A DNA stretch of 64,000 nt. Source: Thermotogota bacterium (GTDB lineage Bacteria > Hydrothermota > Hydrothermia > LBFQ01). The translations under genes were made by a program, and so were the position numbers. The notes beneath the pieces are model-generated. The model had not been told where the DNA came from, ran no database searches, and saw only the letters and a list, made by a program, of their open reading frames with translations. Where the stretch lies: positions 3,141 to 67,140 of the forward strand of contig JAADCS010000168.1 in assembly GCA_013154295.1 (NCBI GenBank). Reading direction: 5' to 3'. Shown here one piece after another: positions 18,410-27,507 of the stretch (position 1 is its first letter; every line of letters begins with the position of its first letter).

Positions 18410-19172
18410 ACTTATAAAGTACGAGGCTTATAACACTCTAAGGAGTAGATTCGTGGTGGGATACGCCCTCTTCTTCGTACTCTTAACTTCGGCCCTCTCC
18501 TTTTTCAGTGGCGATATGTCCAAGGTGATAATCAGTCTCCTAAACATCGTTATTCTCTTCGTCCCCCTCATTTCCTTGGTCTTCTCATCCCTGTTCTTCT
18601 ACAACACCCGTGAATTCACCGAACTCATCCTAGTGCAACCCGTGGGGCGGAGAGTCGTGTATGTTAGTAAGATAGTGGGAATTTCGTTACCACTCGCTTT
18701 CGCTTCCTCCGTGGGTATAGGGTTACCCCTTCTGCTGTTCGGTGCATCCAAGGTGCATACTCTCTTGATGGTTCTTTCCAGCTTCTTCCTGACGGTTATA
18801 TTTTCCTCTATAGCTCTTCTCTTTTCGGTAGCGTACGACGATCGCGTTAAAGGTCTCGCTGCTGGTTTGGGTGTGTGGATATACGCTTCGGTCATATACG
18901 ACGCCTTCATACTCTTCGTTGGAATGGCCCTATACGATTATCCGATAGAAAAGGCCGTAATAATCCTCTCGTTGTTAAATCCCGTAGATCTGGCCCGAAT
19001 CTTGATAGTCATGAATCTGGATATAGCAGCTCTCATGGGATATACCGGAGCACTTTTTACTCGTTTTGTGTCCTCTTCGGTAGGTTATGCTATAATAATT
19101 TCCACCCTCACTCTATGGATACTCGTTCCCTCCCTCATCGGGATGTTCATATTCGCTCGGCGAGATTTTTAG
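18393..19172 (+). CDS. ABC-2 type permease (NosY-like)
   Basis: 259 aa with about 6 TMs. Overlaps the ATPase gene by 17 nt. Lower GC than its neighbours. Confidence 0.65.
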   Translation: MKTVLKLIKYEAYNTLRSRFVVGYALFFVLLTSALSFFSGDMSKVIISLLNIVILFVPLISLVFSSLFFYNTREFTELILVQPVGRRVVYVSKIVGISLPLAFASSVGIGLPLLLFGASKVHTLLMVLSSFFLTVIFSSIALLFSVAYDDRVKGLAAGLGVWIYASVIYDAFILFVGMALYDYPIEKAVIILSLLNPVDLARILIVMNLDIAALMGYTGALFTRFVSSSVGYAIIISTLTLWILVPSLIGMFIFARRDF

Positions 19173-19215
19173 GGGTCCGGTATTCGCATCGGCCCCGACA
19201 GATAGCGTCTACCTC

Positions 19216-20013
19216 TTAGAAAACATCATCGTACCGAAGAGCCGCGTAGCCAACCACCGAATCGGGATCTCCAAACGTGTCCGCGCTGGTGCCGTAGATC
19301 AGCAATGTGGGTTTCCAATTCAGCTCCTTGGCTATGGCAGCCAAAGTAGCCCAAGCGTACCTGCCACAGGCTTCCCTTTCCAGAAGAGCTTCGGCGTCGT
19401 TTTTAAGTGCGATCATTAGGGTTTCTTCATCTATACGTCGGGCCACATCGTCCCTATGGTAGTGGGAAAGATCCGTAGATACCACCACTATATCCTTTTC
19501 ACCTAAGACCTCCAGAAGATACCGCGCCACCAGTAAAGGATTCACTATGCCGAAGGCGAGAGGTACGAGGCGAAACTCTCCCAGGACCACCTGAAGGAAA
19601 GGAAGTTCCACCTCCAGGGAATGTTCCGGAAGTAAAGGATCGGCCACATCCGTAAAGGGATAGCCGAAGTTTAAGAGCTCCTCTACCCTCTCGGTGGCCA
19701 CTTCCACCATACCTAAGGGAGTTCTCCAGTAGGTGAAGGGACCGGTGCTCACTCCGTTAAACGCGACGAAGTGGGCTGGCCCCAGGAGAAATACGGTAGG
19801 GTTAGTACCGGCCAAAGGAAGAAGCGTTTTGAAGGAATAAGCCGCAAAGGGTCCAGAGTATATGTAACCGGCATGCGGTGCCACCACCGCCTTCGGAGGG
19901 ATCTCCGAATCCACCTGAGCCATTTCTAAGAATCTTAGAATCATCTCCCTTAATCTTTGGGGAGATTCCGGATAGAAAGTGCCACTTACGGCGGGTTCTC
20001 TTATCATCGCCAT
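19216..20013 (-). CDS. amrB: AmmeMemoRadiSam system protein B (MEMO1 family)
   Basis: IREPAVSGTFYPESPQRL...VVAPHAGYIYSGPFAAYSF...STDLSHYH. Start set at ATG 20013, which overlaps the amrS stop by 10 nt. The track's extra 33 N-terminal residues are unlikely. Confidence 0.85.
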   Translation of the reverse strand: MAMIREPAVSGTFYPESPQRLREMILRFLEMAQVDSEIPPKAVVAPHAGYIYSGPFAAYSFKTLLPLAGTNPTVFLLGPAHFVAFNGVSTGPFTYWRTPLGMVEVATERVEELLNFGYPFTDVADPLLPEHSLEVELPFLQVVLGEFRLVPLAFGIVNPLLVARYLLEVLGEKDIVVVSTDLSHYHRDDVARRIDEETLMIALKNDAEALLEREACGRYAWATLAAIAKELNWKPTLLIYGTSADTFGDPDSVVGYAALRYDDVF

Positions 20014-21062
20014 ACCCCCGGTATCTTTTCGCCACATCTGTGACACACACCCCTCTTTTGCCAAAGTTCGGCCACTCTGTAGCCCTCCCGTCTTATAAGG
20101 AGAGTACCGCACTTTGGACAGTAAGTAGAGGACCTTTCCGGATCATACACGTTTCCCACGTAGACGAACTTTAGGCCCTCCTCCTTGCCTATTTCGTACG
20201 CCTTTATCAGCGTGGAGTGGGGTGTAGGTCTTATATGAAGCATCCGATAGGCGGGATGGGCTGCCGTTACGTGCCAAGGTACGTTAGGATTTACGGAAGC
20301 GAGGAAGCGAGCTATGGATCTTATTTCCTCCTCCGAATCGTTATAACCATCTATTAACAGGGTGGTTATTTCCACCCAAACCTTGGGCCATATCTCTCCG
20401 GCCAGATACTCTATGTTCTGTAGAACCGGTTTAAGGCGGGCACCTACAATCTTTCTATAAAACTCCTCCGAGAAAGACTTAAGGTCCAAATTTATGCCGT
20501 GGAGAAGCCCTTCCATATATTTCCACGCATGTGGTGTCTCAAAACCCGATGATACAAAAACGTTTCTCATACCCCTCTTCACACCCAAGAGGGCGATGTC
20601 GTGGGCGTATTCTATCCAGACCACCGGTTCGTTATACGTGTAAGCCAACAGTCTGACACCGTAGCGCTCGGCCGTCCCCACTACCCTCTCCGGAGGCCAA
20701 TCGTAACCGATGAAAAGGTCAGTCTCACCCGTCTTGGGGTCTACGTGAAAATCTTTGAGCTGGCTTATCTCCCAGTTTTGGCAAAACTGGCAGGAGAAGT
20801 TACACCCGACTGTCCCCACCGACAGTATCCCCTTGCCGGGCAGAAAATGATAGAGCGGCTTTTTTTCTATCGGATCGATGTGTATGGCAGCAGCTTTGGA
20901 ATACGTCACCAGGTAGAGCTTTCCACCAAAGTTCCTACGGACACCACACTTCCCGGACTCACCCTCCTTAACCGTACACCAATGGTGGCAGGCCAAACAC
21001 TGCACATCCGTACCCTTTAAAGGGCGTTGCAGATCACATATTTTTAAGTTTTTAGCGACCAT
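20004..21062 (-). CDS. amrS: AmmeMemoRadiSam system radical SAM enzyme
   Basis: CNFSCQFCQNWEIS radical-SAM CxxxCxxC motif, N- and C-terminal Cys pairs. ATG 21062 is favoured over 21074 because a CCTTAAAAT box overlaps the upstream ATG. Confidence 0.85.
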   Translation of the reverse strand: MVAKNLKICDLQRPLKGTDVQCLACHHWCTVKEGESGKCGVRRNFGGKLYLVTYSKAAAIHIDPIEKKPLYHFLPGKGILSVGTVGCNFSCQFCQNWEISQLKDFHVDPKTGETDLFIGYDWPPERVVGTAERYGVRLLAYTYNEPVVWIEYAHDIALLGVKRGMRNVFVSSGFETPHAWKYMEGLLHGINLDLKSFSEEFYRKIVGARLKPVLQNIEYLAGEIWPKVWVEITTLLIDGYNDSEEEIRSIARFLASVNPNVPWHVTAAHPAYRMLHIRPTPHSTLIKAYEIGKEEGLKFVYVGNVYDPERSSTYCPKCGTLLIRREGYRVAELWQKRGVCHRCGEKIPGVWR

Positions 21063-21072
21063 TTCTCTTCGC

Positions 21073-21078
21073 ATTTTA
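21073..21078 (-). promoter_or_regulatory. -10 box upstream of amrS
   Basis: The minus strand reads CCTTAAAATGCGAAGAGAA-ATG (10 nt spacer to ATG 21062). Confidence 0.4.
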
Positions 21079-21095
21079 AGGCGGTTAAATACTGA

Positions 21096-22412
21096 CTAAA
21101 AAGCCAGCTCCTGATAAAGCTCCGGTAGACGTACATCACCGTAGCCTCTGCCGTTGAGGGCCTCCCTTAAAGATTCCCTCTCTTCCTCCTCACCATGAAC
21201 CAAAACTACGGTTGAGGGAGAGGCCGCATCTATCCACTCCAAAAGCTCGCTCCGATCGGCGTGTGAAGAGAAACCGTTTATCGTATAGACCTTTAAGTTG
21301 ACATCGTAGAACCTCCCGTGTATCCAAACTTTATCGGCACCGTCTACTATCTCCCTTCCTAAGGTACCTTTAGCCTGATAGCCCACGAATATGAGTGCGT
21401 GGCGTGGATCCTCAATCATATGTTTCAGGTGATGAATCGCTCTTCCGCCTGTTAGCATCCCCGAACCGGCCACTATCACTACCCCCTTGGATACGGAGTT
21501 AAGCTGTTTGGATTCTGCCTTGGTCCTAGTTATACGCAAATTGCGTACCTTAAAGGGATTCTCCCTTTGAAACCTTCGGTAAGCTTCAGCATCGTAACAT
21601 TCCGGGAACTTCAAGAACTCACTAAGGATTTTACTCGCCAAGGGGCTATCCAAAACCACCTTCCAGTTTTCCGGCCATATACCCTCGTTCTCCCACGTTT
21701 TAAAGATGTACAGAAGCTCCTGCGCTCTCTCCAAAGCAAAGGCCGGTATTAGGACCTTACCGTGAGGCAAGGTTGAGAAGATCGCTTCCTTGAGCTCCTC
21801 GACCGACTTATGAAAGGGCCTGTGGTCACGATTTCCGTAGGTACTCTCGCTGATTACCACCGACGTTGGCGAGGGAAGTTGGGGATCCCTGACTATCGGC
21901 TTATTTTTGTTTCCTAAATCTCCTGAAAAGGTGAAGCGAAAACCTCTGTAATCGTACTCATAGAAAGCCGAACCCAAGATGTGACCCGCATCCTTAACCG
22001 TAAACTTCAGATCGCCTATGTGATAGGTTTCGCCACATTGAACGAACTTCGCAGGTAGGCTAAACGTCCGCTGTAAATCCTCCAGGGAGTAAAGGGGGTT
22101 ATCTTCGTCCATCAAATGGTAGGCATCCTCTAGTATGTAGCGACCTATCTCCCAAGTGGCCCTGTGAGTCACTATTTGACCACGAAAACCGTTTTTGACC
22201 AAGAGGGGAAGCCGTCCTATATGATCCAGATGGGCATGGGTCAGAAACAGATAAGGAACGTCTCGCAGTTCCTTAAGCGGCTCCTCATTCAAGGGGTAGA
22301 AGGTACCTTGAAAGTATCCTGCATCCACCAGGAAGGAGAACTCTTTTAGATCCACCCGGTGCATTGATCCTGTTACCGTGCCCGCTGCTCCGTAAAACTT
22401 GAACTTTACCAA
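21096..22412 (-). CDS. MBL-fold beta-CASP family ribonuclease (CPSF73/RNase J-like)
   Basis: YGAAGTVTGS, LTHAHLDHIGRLP (HxHxDH), C-terminal SSHADRSELLEW (beta-CASP/RMMBL motif). Confidence 0.85.
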   Translation of the reverse strand: MVKFKFYGAAGTVTGSMHRVDLKEFSFLVDAGYFQGTFYPLNEEPLKELRDVPYLFLTHAHLDHIGRLPLLVKNGFRGQIVTHRATWEIGRYILEDAYHLMDEDNPLYSLEDLQRTFSLPAKFVQCGETYHIGDLKFTVKDAGHILGSAFYEYDYRGFRFTFSGDLGNKNKPIVRDPQLPSPTSVVISESTYGNRDHRPFHKSVEELKEAIFSTLPHGKVLIPAFALERAQELLYIFKTWENEGIWPENWKVVLDSPLASKILSEFLKFPECYDAEAYRRFQRENPFKVRNLRITRTKAESKQLNSVSKGVVIVAGSGMLTGGRAIHHLKHMIEDPRHALIFVGYQAKGTLGREIVDGADKVWIHGRFYDVNLKVYTINGFSSHADRSELLEWIDAASPSTVVLVHGEEEERESLREALNGRGYGDVRLPELYQELAF

Positions 22413-22418
22413 GGGGGT

Positions 22419-22424
22419 ATTTTA
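22419..22424 (-). promoter_or_regulatory. -10 box, leaderless-type promoter of the beta-CASP gene
   Basis: The minus strand reads CCTTAAAATACCCCC-TTG (6 nt spacer). Confidence 0.45.
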
Positions 22425-22452
22425 AGGCCCGACATCTATTGGCCTTCGCCCT

Positions 22453-22458
22453 TAAAAT
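22453..22458 (+). promoter_or_regulatory. -10 box, leaderless-type promoter of the ZIP transporter gene
   Basis: CCTTAAAATAACAG-ATG (5 nt spacer). Back-to-back with the 22419 box in a 51-nt intergenic region. Confidence 0.5.
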
Positions 22459-22463
22459 AACAG

Positions 22464-23228
22464 ATGCAGAATCCGGTAATTTTAGCTCTGTTAGGAGGGA
22501 TTTTTACCTCGTTTTTAAATCTGTTAGGTGCTTTGTTAGTTTTGATATGGAGAAATCCAAGCCAAAGGTTTATGGACGGAGCCTTAGGCTTTTCAGCTGG
22601 CGTCATGATAGCGGCCAGCTTCACCAGTCTGATAATACCGGGGATAGAGATGGGAGGAGTATGGCCTGTAATCATCGGTATAGTTCTCGGAGCGATCATG
22701 ATGGATCTAACCGACCATCTACTCCCACATGAGCATTTCGTAATGGGCAAAGAGGGACCCGTGGATGCAGAATGGGCCAGGAAGATAAGGGGAGTCTGGC
22801 TATTTATAATCGCTATAACGCTTCACAATATGCCAGAGGGTTTGGCCGTGGGCGTAACGTTTGGGTCAGGTCACTACAAAGAGGCCCTCGAAGTCATGTT
22901 TGCTATAGGTCTTCAAAATATACCCGAAGGCCTAGCGGTGTCCTTGGCGGCCATTTCAGCCGGTTTTGGCAACACGTTCTATGCTGTATATACGGGCATA
23001 AGATCCGGCTTGGTAGAGATACCTCTGGCCCTGTTAGGTGCCGTTGCTGTGTACTATATGCAAACCATACTACCTTACGCTATGGGATTCGCGGCTGGAG
23101 CCATGCTCTATGTCGTCAGTGATGAGATAATACCCGAGACCCATATAAAGGGGCATGAGAGGGTGGCGACGTGGGGTGTTATGATAGGGTTGATCGTAAT
23201 GCTAACTTTAGACGTTCTCTTGGGTTAG
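22464..23228 (+). CDS. ZIP-family divalent metal transporter (ZupT/GufA-like)
   Basis: Eight TMs. HNMPEGLAVG and LQNIPEGLAVS paired metal-site motifs. Confidence 0.85.
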   Translation: MQNPVILALLGGIFTSFLNLLGALLVLIWRNPSQRFMDGALGFSAGVMIAASFTSLIIPGIEMGGVWPVIIGIVLGAIMMDLTDHLLPHEHFVMGKEGPVDAEWARKIRGVWLFIIAITLHNMPEGLAVGVTFGSGHYKEALEVMFAIGLQNIPEGLAVSLAAISAGFGNTFYAVYTGIRSGLVEIPLALLGAVAVYYMQTILPYAMGFAAGAMLYVVSDEIIPETHIKGHERVATWGVMIGLIVMLTLDVLLG

Positions 23229-23701
23229 ATAGGCAAACCTTCCCGTACCTCACACCTTAGCAAACGCGGGTCCTCCCTTTTCCCGTAGATGTCGTTAAAC
23301 CAAAATCTTCCCGTTAATCGCTCTCCCCTCAAGGCTCTCCATAACCAAATTCTGTCGTCCTCCCACATCCTGTCGTAGGGAAGATTATCTTTGGAAAACC
23401 ATACCGGCCTGGCTTCATCGCTCTCTTTAAAATCCCCTTTCCAGCGCTTTATGAGAAACGCATCCACTTCCATATACGTTCCATAGTAATCCCAAAAGTA
23501 CAGTTTGGCTATCCATTGACGCTCCAAAACCTCTATCCCTATCTCCTCACGGGCTTCCCTATCCAAAGCCTCCTCCGGAGTTTCACCCTCCTCAATCTTA
23601 CCTCCCACACCGTTATAAAGCCCTCTACCCAATCCTCGCTTCTTGTAGATAAGCAGCACCTTATCATCCTCAACAGGATAACCTATAACGAACCTTCTCA
23701 T
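23225..23701 (-). CDS. NUDIX hydrolase
   Basis: Nudix box GGKIEEGETPEEALDREAREEIGI. Start moved to ATG 23701 (M7) because CCTTAGAAT overlaps the upstream ATG 23719. Confidence 0.8.
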   Translation of the reverse strand: MRRFVIGYPVEDDKVLLIYKKRGLGRGLYNGVGGKIEEGETPEEALDREAREEIGIEVLERQWIAKLYFWDYYGTYMEVDAFLIKRWKGDFKESDEARPVWFSKDNLPYDRMWEDDRIWLWRALRGERLTGRFWFNDIYGKREDPRLLRCEVREGLPI

Positions 23702-23717
23702 GGACGCTCGTGCGAAC

Positions 23718-23723
23718 ATTCTA
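23718..23723 (-). promoter_or_regulatory. -10 box upstream of the NUDIX gene
   Basis: The minus strand reads CCTTAGAATGTTCGCACGAGCGTCC-ATG (16 nt spacer, short leader). Confidence 0.35.
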
Positions 23724-23772
23724 AGGTGGGATTTTCAGATCCCGGTGTCGGCAACCGAATCGTTTTCAGGGG

Positions 23773-23778
23773 TAGAAT
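23773..23778 (+). promoter_or_regulatory. -10 box, leaderless-type promoter of the eRF1-like gene / prfA block
   Basis: GGTAGAATTTTATCTT-ATG (8 nt spacer to ATG 23787). No SD. Confidence 0.5.
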
Positions 23779-23786
23779 TTTATCTT

Positions 23787-24938
23787 ATGTTCTACACAAG
23801 CATATACGTAAGCTTGCAACCGGATGACAGAGCGGATCGTCCCCCAAGATACCTTATAAGGGTTAAGAACTTGATAAAACGCTACCGTGAGTTCGTAAAA
23901 AAGAGGGGAATAGAAAGTGACCGCCTCCAGAGTGTATTTGAGGACTTTCGCAAGATAGAAGAGTTCTTTGACAACCCTGACAACCTGGAGAGCGACGAGG
24001 GGCTTCCCGTGGGTGGTATAGCCATCTTTTCCAAAAGCGACGAGAACTACTGGGAGGTGGTTAAGCTCATCTACGTTTTGAGAAACGAGTTGGTGGTGGA
24101 TATACATCCCTACAAGTTAGGCGTGTATGCGGTTGAGAGCGACTTCGGTAAGAACCTGGTGGCCAATTTTAGCAAGAAAGCCATAGATCTCTACATGTTG
24201 GATGCTCGCTCCATAAAACACATAACCGATCGCCTTGACATAGAGGAAGTAGTAGAAAAGCCCGGCGTCTTTAAGACCTCCGTAGCCGACATGCCTGTTT
24301 TTAGAACCCTCCGAGCCAAGAACCTTGAGGCCCTGAAGGCCGAAGAGAGTAACCGCGTTGCCAAAGCCATAGCCGATCATCTCTTTCAGGTTTATAAAAG
24401 CACGCCTTATGACAACCTCTTCCTATCCTCACCCAACGAAAAGCTCGTTCCCCAGGTCTTGGAAAAACTTCACACCTACGTCAAACGTACCTTTAGGGCC
24501 GAACTCAAGTTATCATGGCCTACCAACAAGAGGGAGGTGTATTTGAGCGTGATGCAGAAGACCCGTGAGTTGGATGTGGAGGATGAGAAACAGCTCCTTG
24601 AAAGGTTCAATGAGGCCATAGCCCTTGAGATGGCAACCAGGGGAATAGGACCGGCGGTACTGCTTGCAACTATGGGCAACGTGGATACTCTTATAGTGGA
24701 TCCTGACTTTTCCAAAGAAGGGTTTATATGCCATCCGTCGGGTTACTTTTCCTTTGAAGGTGACTGTCCTTCCGATACGGAAGTGGTGGTACATACTCCC
24801 GACATAACCGACAAACTCGTGGAGGAGGTACTCCGTATGGGCGGAAGGGTTGAGGTAGCTAACACGCCGGAGTTGAGAGAGGCCATTGGCCACAGTGTGG
24901 GTGCCATAATGAGATGGAAGATGGAGGTAAAGGTGTAA
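23787..24938 (+). CDS. eRF1/Pelota-fold (baeRF / Host_attach-like) protein, putative ribosome-rescue or termination-related factor
   Basis: N-terminus [25 protein letters not shown]-terminal domain [24 protein letters not shown]...[26 protein letters not shown] parallels the eRF1_3/Pelota C-terminus (..GaVetLlv.. and GGIgaiLRY). No GGQ. Assignment is from memory only. Confidence 0.5.
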   Translation: MFYTSIYVSLQPDDRADRPPRYLIRVKNLIKRYREFVKKRGIESDRLQSVFEDFRKIEEFFDNPDNLESDEGLPVGGIAIFSKSDENYWEVVKLIYVLRNELVVDIHPYKLGVYAVESDFGKNLVANFSKKAIDLYMLDARSIKHITDRLDIEEVVEKPGVFKTSVADMPVFRTLRAKNLEALKAEESNRVAKAIADHLFQVYKSTPYDNLFLSSPNEKLVPQVLEKLHTYVKRTFRAELKLSWPTNKREVYLSVMQKTRELDVEDEKQLLERFNEAIALEMATRGIGPAVLLATMGNVDTLIVDPDFSKEGFICHPSGYFSFEGDCPSDTEVVVHTPDITDKLVEEVLRMGGRVEVANTPELREAIGHSVGAIMRWKMEVKV

Positions 24939-24942
24939 AGTC

Positions 24943-26016
24943 GTGAAGAGACAGTACGAGGAGGTTTTGGAGAGATTCCTCAAGATAGAGGAAGAGATAG
25001 GTTATCCGCAGAGGCACTCCAAAGAGGCGTTCCAGAAACTCCTAGAGGAGTATCGACGTCTTAAAAAAGTGGCCGATCTTATAAAGGAGTTGGAGGAGGT
25101 TGAAGAGGACATCCAAGCTATAGAGGAACTCCTAAAGGAGGAATGGGATGCGGATCTGGAGAGAGAACTGGAGGATCTTAAGCATCGTGCCAAAACTCTA
25201 GACGAGAGGATCTTTTTAGGTCTCATACCCAAGGATCCACGGGATGAGGGAAATGCTATTTTGGAAATAAGGGCAGGAGTGGGAGGGGAGGAGGCAGCTC
25301 TGTTTGCGGCGGATCTGGCTAAGATGTACCTCAAGTTTGCTGAACGTAAAGGTTGGAAGGTTTCGATAACGGATTTTACCGAGAGCGACCTGGGAGGGTA
25401 CAAGGAGATAACTCTACTCGTGGAAGGGAAGGGAGCTTACGGCCTTTTGAAGTTCGAAGGGGGCGTCCATCGAGTGCAAAGGGTCCCCATAACCGAAACA
25501 TCGGGTCGTATTCACACCTCAGCTGCCTCCGTCGTCGTTCTCCCCGAATACGAAGATGTAGAGGTGGATATAAAACCGGAAGATTTGAAGATCGACACTT
25601 TCAGATCCGGTGGGGCAGGAGGCCAACACGTCAATAAGACCGAATCGGCCGTGCGCATAACCCACGTTCCAACGGGTATAGTGGTGACGGTTCAAGACGA
25701 ACGTTCCCAGCACCAGAACCGTGCTAAGGCTATACGCATACTCAAGGCGCGACTGAAGGAACTTTACGAAAACCAACAGGAGGAAGAACTTCGCAGGATC
25801 CGGAAAATATACGTGGGCTCCGGTGATAGATCCGAGAAGATACGCACTTACAACTTCCCACAGAACCGGGTTACCGATCATCGTATAAACTTCAGTGTGT
25901 ATAACCTTCAGGAGGTTCTAAACGGTTATCTGGACGAGATTTTGGATGCTCTGATCAGGGAGGAGTTAAAAAGACGCGCCGAAACTCTTCCACAGGGAAC
26001 CGATTCACCCTTATAA
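24943..26016 (+). CDS. prfA: peptide chain release factor 1
   Basis: [17 protein letters not shown] (PxT-type tripeptide region), [28 protein letters not shown] start. Confidence 0.95.
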   Translation: MKRQYEEVLERFLKIEEEIGYPQRHSKEAFQKLLEEYRRLKKVADLIKELEEVEEDIQAIEELLKEEWDADLERELEDLKHRAKTLDERIFLGLIPKDPRDEGNAILEIRAGVGGEEAALFAADLAKMYLKFAERKGWKVSITDFTESDLGGYKEITLLVEGKGAYGLLKFEGGVHRVQRVPITETSGRIHTSAASVVVLPEYEDVEVDIKPEDLKIDTFRSGGAGGQHVNKTESAVRITHVPTGIVVTVQDERSQHQNRAKAIRILKARLKELYENQQEEELRRIRKIYVGSGDRSEKIRTYNFPQNRVTDHRINFSVYNLQEVLNGYLDEILDALIREELKRRAETLPQGTDSPL

Positions 26017-26017
26017 T
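26012..26017 (+). promoter_or_regulatory. -10 box overlapping the prfA stop, leaderless-type promoter of the LTD gene
   Basis: CCTTATAATAGCCGTACG-GTG (9 nt spacer). The 12-mer CCTTATAATAGC is identical to the peroxiredoxin promoter. Confidence 0.45.
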
Positions 26018-26026
26018 AGCCGTACG

Positions 26027-26449
26027 GTGCTGTGGCTTACCGCCCTTGTTATCAACGAAGTTGCACAGATGAGCGGTGATTCTGGATGGGTGGAGCTTTA
26101 CAATGGGAGTGGAAGTGTGGTGGATCTAAATGGCTACGTTTTACGAACTTCAGCCGGAACCTTTACGTTGAGTGGAGTTATGGCGGGAGGTGAGTATAGA
26201 ATCTTTTATCTACGTTTTCGTAGCCACGGTGACAGTGTGGTTCTTTACAGGGGCGATTCACGGGTTGATGTCTATCGGTGGACCAGTCTTCCTGACAGAG
26301 GGAGTATGGGTCGCATGCCCGACGGCACCGGTGATTTTCGCTTCTTCGTGGTTCCCACTCCCAACAGGGCCAACGAACTCCCCTCCTCTTTAGACGAGCA
26401 GTCTTGGGGTCGTATAAAGGCCCTGTTCGGTCCCGGAAAGAGGCGTTAA
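26027..26449 (+). CDS. lamin-tail-domain (LTD) mini-protein
   Basis: LVINEVAQMSGDSGWVELYNGSGSVVDLNGYVLRT...DSVVLY matches the LTD signature (INE..., WvEL.N, dLsGw.l). 140 aa. C-terminal SWGRIKALF motif. Confidence 0.55.
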   Translation: MLWLTALVINEVAQMSGDSGWVELYNGSGSVVDLNGYVLRTSAGTFTLSGVMAGGEYRIFYLRFRSHGDSVVLYRGDSRVDVYRWTSLPDRGSMGRMPDGTGDFRFFVVPTPNRANELPSSLDEQSWGRIKALFGPGKRR

Positions 26450-26451
26450 TC

Positions 26452-27468
26452 TTGACCTTTTGTAAGTTCTTCGGAGAATGTCCGGTTTGTAAGTTTCAAC
26501 ATCTAACCTATGAAGACTCTTTGAAACGGAAGGCTGAAAGGATCGTAGACGTTCTAAATACCGATGTGGAAGTGATCCCCTCCCCTAAGGATAGAGCTTA
26601 CAAAAGTCGCGTTATTTTGCATGTGCGCAGACCTGCACCTAATAACCTGATAATGGGCTATACACTTGAGCGAGGTTTTGTCTATGGAGTGGATTCCTGT
26701 TCAATATTGGAGGATAACCTTTCGGATGTGATACGGCCCTTAAATCGCGTTCTAACTCCAGCGGCTTTAAGTGTTTGGGATGCCCATCGGGGTCGGGGTA
26801 AGTGGCAGAGTATCACTCTGGTAGGCGACGAGGGGGGGATAACGTTAAGTTTAAACCTTCGCAAACCCGTCTTCGTCAAGGAGCTAACCTTTCGCATTAT
26901 GGATGAGATACCCCAGATAACGGGGGTATGGTGGTCGGTGGGAAACTTCGGCGAACGCCTTTTAGGAGGAAGAGGGGATCTACTACGAACTGTACGTCGT
27001 GGTAGATTCGTATTCAAAGTGGGGCCCTACGGTGAGTATCCCGACAATCTTTACATCCTTCCCAAGATATGGAAAGTTATGGAGGAAAACCTAAGGGGTA
27101 AGGGAGTGGCGTTTTTAACCGGCCTATACGTTCCACCCAAAAAGATGAGTGTCTACGTTGACCCCAGGGGTATGGTAGCCAGAGAGGTTATGGAAACGGG
27201 TAAAGTGACCGGTATAACTCCCAGGTTTGAGTACAGGGAGCCGGGTGCGTTCCTACTACTTAACGATGAGATTTACGATTATGTGGTGATACATACCGAT
27301 CGGGTCAGAGACCGTCGTGTGTTAGAGGTGGGCCGCAAGGCTGTGCTTTTGGGTAAGAACCCACTCAAATTGAAAGAGTTTCTATCCGGAGAAATACCTA
27401 AACGTTTGCTCCTTTTTGACGTTTCTCCCTATACTGCCGAGTCTTTGGTGGTAGCTTACTTGGGCTAG
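26452..27468 (+). CDS. RumA/TrmA-like Fe-S motif protein lacking recognisable SAM and catalytic Cys motifs (start uncertain, TTG 26452 or ATG 26404)
   Basis: CKFFGECPVCKFQHLTYEDSLKRK resembles the RlmD/RumA 4Fe-4S Cys cluster. The C-terminus RLLLFDVSPYTAESL occupies the position of the ..SCNPaTlaRD.. nucleophile motif but has no Cys. No DLYCGxG motif. Confidence 0.4.
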   Translation: MTFCKFFGECPVCKFQHLTYEDSLKRKAERIVDVLNTDVEVIPSPKDRAYKSRVILHVRRPAPNNLIMGYTLERGFVYGVDSCSILEDNLSDVIRPLNRVLTPAALSVWDAHRGRGKWQSITLVGDEGGITLSLNLRKPVFVKELTFRIMDEIPQITGVWWSVGNFGERLLGGRGDLLRTVRRGRFVFKVGPYGEYPDNLYILPKIWKVMEENLRGKGVAFLTGLYVPPKKMSVYVDPRGMVAREVMETGKVTGITPRFEYREPGAFLLLNDEIYDYVVIHTDRVRDRRVLEVGRKAVLLGKNPLKLKEFLSGEIPKRLLLFDVSPYTAESLVVAYLG

Positions 27469-27492
27469 CCCACCCATCTGTGCTTGCCGCAG

Positions 27493-27498
27493 TATAAT
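27493..27498 (+). promoter_or_regulatory. -10 box, leaderless-type promoter of the V-ATPase I-K-E-moxR block
   Basis: CAGTATAATACCCACTCC-ATG (9 nt spacer to ATG 27508). Same core as the yidC and rpsT promoters. Confidence 0.55.
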
Positions 27499-27507
27499 AC
27501 CCACTCC

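Noticed and set aside
19172-19196. A possible hairpin (GGGGTC...GGCCCC) between the convergent nosY-like and amrB genes, as a terminator.
   Set aside because: The stem is only about 6 bp including a G-U pair, the loop is 13 nt, and there is no T-tract on either strand.
20014-20112. A 33-residue N-terminal extension of the MEMO-like ORF (MRYSPYKTGGLQSG...).
   Set aside because: It overlaps the conserved C-terminus of the radical-SAM gene in another frame. MEMO-family proteins begin at the IREPAVSG... region, so ATG 20013 gives the normal N-terminus.
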